DNA of 64,000 nucleotides, from the NCBI GenBank assembly GCA_964016885.1, contig OZ024744.1, positions 40,362,001-40,426,000 of the forward strand, in the 5' to 3' direction. This stretch comes from Eledone cirrhosa. Lineage: Eukaryota. The translations under genes and the position numbers were made by a program. This document shows positions 56,201 through 64,000 of this stretch, in pieces (the first letter of the stretch is position 1; every line of letters starts with the position of its first letter). The notes under the pieces were generated by a model. The model ran no database searches. It was given only the letters and a program-made list of their open reading frames with translations, and was not told the DNA's origin.

Positions 56201-59200
56201 ATAGCTATTTCCATCAACCAAGTTTTATTTACAAAGCCTAGCTTGACTCAAGGTAATGGTAGTTTCCATCAACCCAGCTTTATTTACAAAGCCTAGCTTG
56301 ACTCAAGGTAATGGTAGTTTCCCTCAACCCAGCTTTATTTACAATGCCTAGCTTGAATCAAGGTAATGGTAGTTTCCATCAACCCAGCTTTATTTACAAA
56401 GCCTAGCTTCACCGAAGGTGATGGTAGTTTCCATCAACCCAGCATTATTTACAAAGCCTAGCTTGACTCAAGATAATCGTAGTTTCCATCAACCCAGCTT
56501 TATTTACAAAGCCTAGCTTGACCCAAGGTAATGGTAGTTTCCATCAACCCAGCTTTATTTACAAAGACTAGCTTGACCCAAGGTAATGGTAGTTTCCATC
56601 AACCTAGCTTTATTTACAAAGCCTAGCTTCACTGAAGGTAATGGTAGTTTCCATCAACCCAGCATTATTTACAAAGCCTAGCTTGACTCAAGGTAATGGT
56701 AGTTTCCATCAACCCAGCTTTATTTACAAAGCCTAGCTTGACCCATGGTAATGGTAGTTTCCATGAACCCAGCTTTATTTACAAAGCCTAGCTTGACCCG
56801 AGGTAATGGTAGTTTCCATCAACCCAGCTTTATTTACAAACCTAGCTTGACCCGAGGAAATGGTAGTTTCCATCAACCCAGCTTTATTTACAAAGCCTAG
56901 CTTGACTCAAGTTAATGGTAGTTTCCATCAACCCAGCTTTATTTACAAAGCCTAGCTTGGCCCAAGGTAATGGTAGTTTCCATCAACCCAGCTTTATTTA
57001 CAAAGCCTAGCTTGACTCAAGGTAATGGTAGTTTCCATCAACCCAGCTTTATTTACAAAGCCTAGCTTGACCCGAGGAAATAGTAGTTTCCATCAACCCA
57101 GCTTTATTTACAAAGCCTAGCTTGACTCAAGTTAATGGTAGTTTCCATCAACCCAGCTTTATTTACAAAGCCTAGCTTGGCCCAAGGTAATGGTAGTTTC
57201 CATCAACCCAGCTTTATTTACAAAGCCTAGCATGACCCAAGTTAATGGTAGTTTCCATCAACCCAGCTCTATTTACAAAGCCTAGCTTGACTCAAGGTAA
57301 TGTTAGCTTCCATCAACCCAGCTTTATTTACAATGCCTAGCTTGACCCAAGGTAATGGTAGTTTCCATCAATCCAGCGTTATTTACAAAGCCTAGCTTGA
57401 CCCAAGGTAATGGTAGTTTCCATCAACTGAGCTTTATTTAAAAAGCCTAGCCTGACTCAAGGTAATGATAGTTTCCATCAACACAGCTTTATTTACAAAG
57501 CCTAGCTTGACCCAAGATAATGGTAGTTTCCATCAACCCAGCTTTATTTGCAAAGCCCTGCTTGACTCAATGTAATGGTAGTTTCCATCAACCCAACTTT
57601 ATTTACAAATCCTAGCTTGACTCAAGGTAATGGTAGTTTCCATCAACCCAGCTTTATTTACAAAGTCTAGCTTGTCTCAAGGTAATGGTAGTTTCCATCA
57701 ACCCAGCTTTATTTACAAAGCCTAGCTTGACACAAGGTAATGGTAGTTTCCATCAGCCCAGCTTTATTTACAAAGCCTAGCTTGACCCAAGGTAATGGTA
57801 GTTTCCATCAACCCAGCTTTATTCACAAAGCCTAGCTTGACCCCAGGTAATGGTAGTTTCCATCAACCCAGCTTTATTTACAAAGCCTAGCTTCACTGAA
57901 GGTAATGGTAGTTTCCATCAACCCAGCATTATTTACAAAGCCTAGCTTGACTCAAGGTAATGGTAGTTTCCATCAACCCAGCTTTATTTACAAGGCCTAG
58001 CTTGACTCAAGGTAATGGTAGTTTCCATCAACCCAGCTTTATTTACAAACCTAGCTTGATCAAAGGTAATGGTAGTTTCCATCAATCCAGCTTTATTTAC
58101 AAAGCCTAGCTTGACACAAGGTAATGGTAGTTTCCATCAACCCAGCTTTATTTACAAAGCCTAGCTTGACTCAAGTTAATGGTAGTTTCCATCAACCCAG
58201 CTTTATTTACAAAGCCTAGCTTGACCCAAGGTAATGGTAGTTTCCATCAACTCAGCTTTATTTACAAAGCCTAGCTTGACCCAAGGTAATGGTAGTTTCC
58301 ATCAACCCAGCTTTATTTACAAAGCCTAGCTTGACTCAAGATAATGGTAGTTTCCATCAACCGAGCTTTATTTACAAAGCCTAGCTTGACTCAAGGTAAT
58401 GGTAGTTTCCATCAACCCAGCTTTATTTACAAAGCCTAGCTTGACTCAAGGTAATGGTAGTTTCCATCAACCCAGCTTTATTTACAAAGCCTAGCTTGTC
58501 TCAAGGTAATGGTAGTTTCCATCAACCCAGCTTTATTTACAAAGTCTAGCTTGACTCAAGGTAATGGTAGTTTCCATCAACCAAGTTTTATTTACAATGT
58601 CTAGCTTGACTCAAGGTAATGGTAGTTTCCATCAACCCAGCTTTATTTACAAAGCCTAGCTTAATTCAAGGTAATGGTAGTTTCCATCAACCCAGCTTTA
58701 TTTACAATGCCTAGCTTGACTCAAGATAATGGTAGTTTCCATCAACCCAGCTTTATTTACAAAGCCTAGCTTGACTCAAGGTAATGGTAGTTTCCATCAA
58801 CCCAGCTTTATTTACAAAGCCTAGCTTGACTCAAGGTAATGGTAGTTTCCATCAACCCAGCTTTATTTAAAAAGCCTAGCTTGATTCAAGGTAATGGTAG
58901 TTTCCATAAACCAAGTTTTATTTACAATGTCTAGCTTGACTCAAGGTAATGGTAGTTTCCATCAACCCAGCTTTATTTACAAAGCCTAGCTTAATTCAAG
59001 GTAATGGTAGTTTCCATCAACCCAGCTTTATTTACAATGCCTAGCTTGACTCAAGATAATGGTAGTTTCCATCAACCCAGCTTTATTTACAAAGCCTAGC
59101 TTGACTCAAGGTAATGGTAGTTTCCATCAACCCAGCTTTATTTACAAAGCCTAGTTTGACTCAAGGTAATGGTAGTTTCCATCAACCCAGCTTTATTTAA

Positions 59201-59326
59201 AAAGCCTAGCTTGACTCAAGGTAATGGTAGTTTCCATAAACCAAGTTTTATTTACAATGTCTAGCTTGACTCAAGGTAATAGCTATTTCCATCAACCAAG
59301 TTTTATTTACAAAGCCTAGCTTGACT
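53246..59326. repeat. Tandem duplication of a 56-monomer (3078-bp) unit of the right-hand subfamily
   Basis: TCACCGAAGGTGATGG 53331/56409 and ATAGCTATTT 56201/59279, plus CTTGGCCC, TTATTCAC and GATCAAAGG variants in the same order; offset 3078 = 56x55 - 2. Confidence 0.92.
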
Positions 59327-59744
59327 GAAGGTAAGGGTAGGTTCCATCAACCCAGCTTTATTTACAAAGCCTAGCTTGACTCAAGGTAATGGTAGTTTCC
59401 ATCAACCCAGCTTTATTTACAAAGCCTAGCTTGACTCAAGGTAATGGTAGTTTCCATCAACCCAGCTTTATTTAAAAAGCCTAGCTTGACTCAAGGTAAT
59501 GGTAGTTTCCATAAACCAAGTTTTATTTACAATGTCTAGCTTGACTCAAGGTAATAGCTATTTCCATCAACCAAGTTTTATTTACAAAGCCTAGCTTGAC
59601 TGAAGGTAAGGGTAGGTTCCATCAACCCAGCTTTATTTACAAAGCCTAGCTTGACTCAAGGTAATGGTAGTTTCCATCAACCCAGCTTTATTTACAAAGC
59701 CTAGCTTGACTCAAGTTAATGGTAGTTTCCATCAACCCAGCTTT

Positions 59745-61200
59745 ATTTAAAAAGCCTAGCGTGACTCAAGGTAATGATAGTTTCCATCAACACAGCTTTA
59801 TTTACAAAGCCTAGCTTGACCCAAGATAATGGTAGTTTCCATCAACCCAGCTTTATTTGCAAAGCCCTGCTTGACTCAAGGTAATGGTAGTTTCCATCAA
59901 CCCAACTTTATTTACAAATCCTAGCTTGACTCAAGGTAATGGTAGTTTCCATCAACCCAGCTTTATTTACAAAGTCTAGCTTGTCTCAAGGTAATGGTAG
60001 TTTCCATCAACCCAGCTTTATTTACAAAGCCTAGCTTGTCACAAGGTAATGGTAGTTTCAATCAGCCCAGCTTTATTTACAAAGCCTAGCTTGACCCAAG
60101 GTAATGGTAGTTTCCATCAACCCAGCTTTATTCACAAAGCCTAGCTTGACCCCAGGTAATGGTAGTTTCAATCAACCCAGCTTTATTTACAAAGCCTAGC
60201 TTCACTGAAGGTAATGGTAGTTTCCATCAACCCAGCATTATTTACAAAGCCTAGCTTGACTCAAGGTAATGGTAGTTTCCATCAACCCAGCTTTATTTAC
60301 AAAGCCTAGCTTGACTCAAGGTAATGGTAGTTTCCATCAACCCAGCTTTATTTACAAAGCCTCGCTTGATCAAAGGTAATGGTAGTTTCCATCAATCCTG
60401 CTTTATTTACAAAGCCTAGCTTGACTCAAGGTAATGGTAGTTTCCATCAACCCAGCTTTATTTACACAGCCTAGCTTGACTCAAGTTAATGGTAGTTTCC
60501 ATCAACCCAGCTTTATTTACAAAGCCTAGCTTGACCCAAGGTAATGGTAGTTTCCATCAACCCAGCTTTATTTACAAAGCCTAGCTTGACCCAAGGTAAT
60601 GTTAGTTTCCATCAACCCAGCTTTATTTACAAAGCCTAGCTTGACTCAAGATAATGGTAGTTTCCATCAACCGAGCTTTATTTACAAAGCCTAGCTTGAC
60701 TCAAGGTAATGGTAGTTTCCATCAACCCAGCTTTATTTACAAAGCCTAGCTTGACTCAAGGTAATGGTAGTTTCCATCAACCCAGCTTTATTTACAAAGC
60801 CTAGCTTGTCTCAAGGTAATGGTATTTTCCATCAACCCAGCTTTATTTACAAAGTCTAGCTTGACTCAAGGTAATGGTAGTTTCCATCAACCAAGTTTTA
60901 TTTACAATGTCTAGCTTGACTCAAGGTAATGGTAGTTTCCATTAACCCAGCTTTATTTACAAAGCCTAGCTTAATTCAAGGTAATGGTAGTTTCCATCAA
61001 CCCAGCTTTATTTACAATGCCTAGCTTGACTAAAGGTAATGGTAGTTTCCATCAACCCAGCTTTATTTACAAAGCCTAGCTTGACTCAAGGTAATGGTAG
61101 TTTCCATCAACCCAGCTTTATTTAAAAAGCCTAGCTTGACTCAAGGTAATGGTAGTTTCCATAAACCAAGTTTTATTTACAATGTCTAGCTTGACTCAAG
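59745..61200. repeat. Third, more diverged partial copy of the 3078-bp unit
   Basis: TAAAAAGC-AATGATAG-CACAGC, TTGCAAAGCCCTG, CCAACTTT-AAATCC, TTCACAAAG-GACCCCAGG, TTCACTGAAG and GATCAAAGG recur in order (57441/59750, offset 2309) with extra private substitutions. Confidence 0.8.
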
Positions 61201-63479
61201 GTAATGGTAGTTTCCATCAACCCAGCTTTATTTACAAAGCCTAGCTTGTCTCAAGGTAATGGTAGTTTCCTTCAACCCAGCTTTATTTAAAAAGCCTAGC
61301 TTGACTCAAGGTAATGGTAGTTTCCATCAACCCAGCTTTATTTACAAAGCCTAGCTTGAATGAAGGTAATGGTAGTTTCCATCAACCCAGCTTTATTTAC
61401 AAAGCCTAGCTTGACCCAAAGGAATGGTAGTTTCCATCAACCCAGCTTTATTTACAAAGCCTAGCTTGACCCAAGGTAATGGTAGTTTCCATCAACCCAG
61501 CTTTATTTACAAAGCCTAGCTTGACTCAAGGTAATGGTAGTTTCCATCAACCCAGCTTTATTTACAAAGCCTAGCTTGTCTCAAGGTAATGGTAGTTTCC
61601 ATCAACCCAGCTTTATTTACAAAGTCTAGCTTGACTCAAGGTAATGGTAGTTTCCATCAACCAAGTTTTATTTACAATGTCTAGCTTGACTCAAGGTAAT
61701 GGTAGTTTCCATCAACCCAGCTTTATTTACAAAGCCTAGCTTAATTCAAGGTAATGGTAGTTTCCATCAACCCAGCTTTATTTACAATGCCTAGCTTGAC
61801 TCAAGATAATGGTAGTTTCCATCAACCCAGCTTTATTTACAAAGCCTAGCTTGACTCAAGGTAATGGTAGTTTCCATCAACCCAGCTTTATTTACAAAGC
61901 CTAGCTTGTCTCAAGGTAATGGTAGTTTCCATCAACCCAGCTTTATTTACAAAGCCTAACTTGACTCAAGGTAATGGTAGTTTCCATCAACCAAGTTTTA
62001 TTTACAATGTCTAGCTTGACTCAAGGTAATGATAGTTTCCATCAACCCAGCTTTATTTACAAAGCCTAGCTTGACTCAAGGTAATGGTAGTTTCCATCAA
62101 CCAAGTTTTATTTACAATGTCTAGCTTGACTCAAGGTAATGATAGTTTCCATCAACCCAGCTTTATTTACAAAGCCTAGTTTGACCCAAAGGAATGGTAG
62201 TTTCCATCAACCCAGCTTTATTTACAAAGCCTAGCTTGACCCAAGGTAATGGTAGTTTCCATCAACCCAGCTTTATTTACAAAGCCTAGCTTAATTCAAG
62301 GTAATGGTAGTTTCCATCAACCCAGCTTTATTTACAATGCCTAGCTTGACTCAAGATAATGGTAGTTTCCATCAACCCAGATTTATTTACAAAGCCTAGC
62401 TTGACTCAAGGTAATGGTAGTTTCCATCAACCCAGCTTTATTTACAAAGCCTAGCTTGACTCAAGGTAATGGTAGTTTCCATCAACCCAGCTTTATTTAC
62501 AAAGCCTAGCTTGACTCAAGGTAATGGTAGTTTCCATCAACCCAGCTTTATTTACAAAGCCTAGCTTGACTCAAGGTAATGGTAGTTTCCATCAACCCAG
62601 CTTTATTTACAAAGCCTAGCTTGACTCAAGGTAATGGTAGTTTCCATCAACCCAGCTTTATTTACAAAGCCTAGCTTGACCAAAGGTAATGGTAGTTTCC
62701 ATCAACCCAGCTTTATTGACAAAGCCTAGCTTGACTCAAGGTAATGGTAGTTTCCATCAACCCAGCTTTATTTACAAAGCCTAGCTTGACTCAAGTTAAT
62801 GGTAGTTTCCATCAACCCAGCTTTATTTACAAAGCCTAGCTTGATCCAAGGTAATGGTAGTTTGCATCAACCCAGCTTTATTTACAAAGCCTAGCTTGAC
62901 CCAAGGTAATGGTAGTTTCCATCAACCCAGCTTTATTTACAAAGCCTAGCTTGACTCAAGATAATGGTAGTTTCCATCAACCGAGCTTTATTTACAAAGC
63001 CTAGCTTGACTCAAGGTAATGGTAGTTTCCATCAACCCATCTTTATTTACAAAGCCTAGCTTGACTCAAGGTAATGGTAGTTTCCATCAACCCAGCTTTA
63101 TTTACAAAGCCTAGCTTGACTCAAGTTAATGGTAGTTTCCATCAACCCAGCTTTATTTACAAAGCCTAGCTTGATCCAAGGTAATGGTAGTTTGCATCAA
63201 CCCAGCTTTATTTACAAAGCCTAGCTTGACCCAAGGTAATGGTAGTTTCCATCAACCCAGCTTTATTTACAAAGCCTAGCTTGACTCAAGATAATGGTAG
63301 TTTCCATCAGCCAAGTTTTATTTACAATGTCTAGCTTGACTCAAGGTAATGGTAGTTTCCATCAACCCAGCTTTATTTACAAAGCCTAGCTGGACACAAG
63401 GTAATGGTAGTTTCCATCAGCCCAGCTTTATTCACAAAGCTTAGCTTGACCCCAGGTAATGGTAGTTTCCATCAACCCA

Positions 63480-64000
63480 GCTTTATTTACAAAGCCTAGC
63501 TTGACTCAAGGTAATGGTAGTTTCCCTCAACCCAGCTTTATTTACAATGCCTAGCTTGAATCAAGGTAATGGTAGTTTCCATCAACCCAGCTTTATTTAC
63601 AAAGCCTAGCTTCACCGAAGGTGATGGTAGTTTCCATCAACCCAGCATTATTTACAAAGCCTAGCTTGACTCAAGATAATCGTAGTTTCCATCAACCCAG
63701 CTTTATTTACAAAGCCTAGCTTGACCCAAGGTAATGGTAGTTTCCATCAACCCAGCTTTATTTACAAAGACTAGCTTGACCCAAGGTAATGGTAGTTTCC
63801 ATCAACCTAGCTTTATTTACAAAGCCTAGCTTCACTGAAGGTAATGGTAGTTTCCATCAACCCAGCATTATTTACAAAGCCTAGCTTGACTCAAGGTAAT
63901 GGTAGTTTCCATCAACCCAGCTTTATTTACAAAGCCTAGCTTGACCCATGGTAATGGTAGTTTCCATGAACCCAGCTTTATTTACAAAGCCTAGCTTGAC
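63480..64000. repeat. Start of a further copy of the right-hand higher-order unit, truncated by the window edge
   Basis: CCCTCAACCC 56321/63524 and TCACCGAAGGTG 56409/63612 (offset 7203 = 131x55 - 2), followed by the same ordered variants. Confidence 0.85.

Larger units (their letters stand above)
1..64000. repeat. Satellite DNA: tandem array of a 55-bp monomer, 1164 full copies plus 7 bp, single orientation, open at both window edges
   Basis: GCTTGA recurs at 1, 56, 111 and so on; a clean consensus copy is at 111-165. The last monomer starts at 63994, and 63993 = 1164x55 - 27, which matches the 27 one-base deletions counted. Most monomers differ from consensus by 0-4 substitutions. No non-monomer sequence seen. 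Confidence 0.99.

Noticed and set aside
1-64000. CRISPR array
   Set aside because: Repeats abut directly with no unique spacers, and there is no leader or cas gene.
1-64000. Repetitive protein-coding ORF on either strand
   Set aside because: 55 is not a multiple of 3, so every frame cycles through all phases. The consensus has TGA, TAA, TAG and TAG on the plus strand and TAG, TAA, TAA, TGA and TGA on the minus strand, so only very short ORFs are possible.
1-64000. Tandem tRNA, 5S, snRNA or spliced-leader RNA gene array (three-hairpin look)
   Set aside because: The unit is only 55 bp with 4-5 bp stems, no acceptor stem, no A/B boxes and no spacer for a promoter. A covariance-model search against Rfam would be decisive.
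1-64000. Hidden transposon insertion, inversion or unique island
   Set aside because: None seen on reading through, and the length arithmetic (1164x55 - 27 + 7 = 64000) leaves no room for non-monomer sequence unless exactly compensated.
1-64000. Telomeric repeat or G-quadruplex array
   Set aside because: No TTAGGG-type short unit, and only one GGG run per monomer on the minus strand.
1-64000. Rolling-circle or sequencing concatemer artefact
   Set aside because: Variants recur in ordered, linked haplotypes over tens of kb and homopolymer indels are absent, which fits genuine evolved satellite. Copy numbers of individual blocks could still be misassembled.
1-64000. Single regular higher-order repeat period or strict 165-bp trimer structure
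   Set aside because: Offsets vary (12, 18, 19, 42, 49, 53, 56, 92, 112 and 131 monomers) and I saw no three-monomer periodicity in the variants.

Overview
The whole 64-kb window is one uninterrupted head-to-tail tandem array (satellite DNA) of a 55-bp monomer, consensus GCTTGAC(C/T)CAAGGTAATGGTAGTTTCCATCAACCCAGCTTTATTTACAAAGCCTA (about 40-42% GC, no CpG in the consensus). It holds 1164 complete monomers plus 7 bp, all in one orientation, and runs off both edges. I see no genes, RNA genes, transposon insertions, unique spacers or inversions, and I do not recognise the family or organism. Three features stand out. (1) Rare variants reveal nested, near-identical segmental duplications of 12, 18, 19, 49, 53, 56, 92 and 112 monomers laid over an older ordered cassette of variant monomers. 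(2) Each monomer carries three short dyads, and several multi-base variants keep, restore or create dyad symmetry (e.g. CTTGACTCAAG to CTTCACTGAAG). (3) The only indels I found are 27 one-base deletions at two positions, C38 and G51, which are pairing partners in dyad 3. All offsets and counts were made by eye and need computational confirmation. No protein-coding system is supported.
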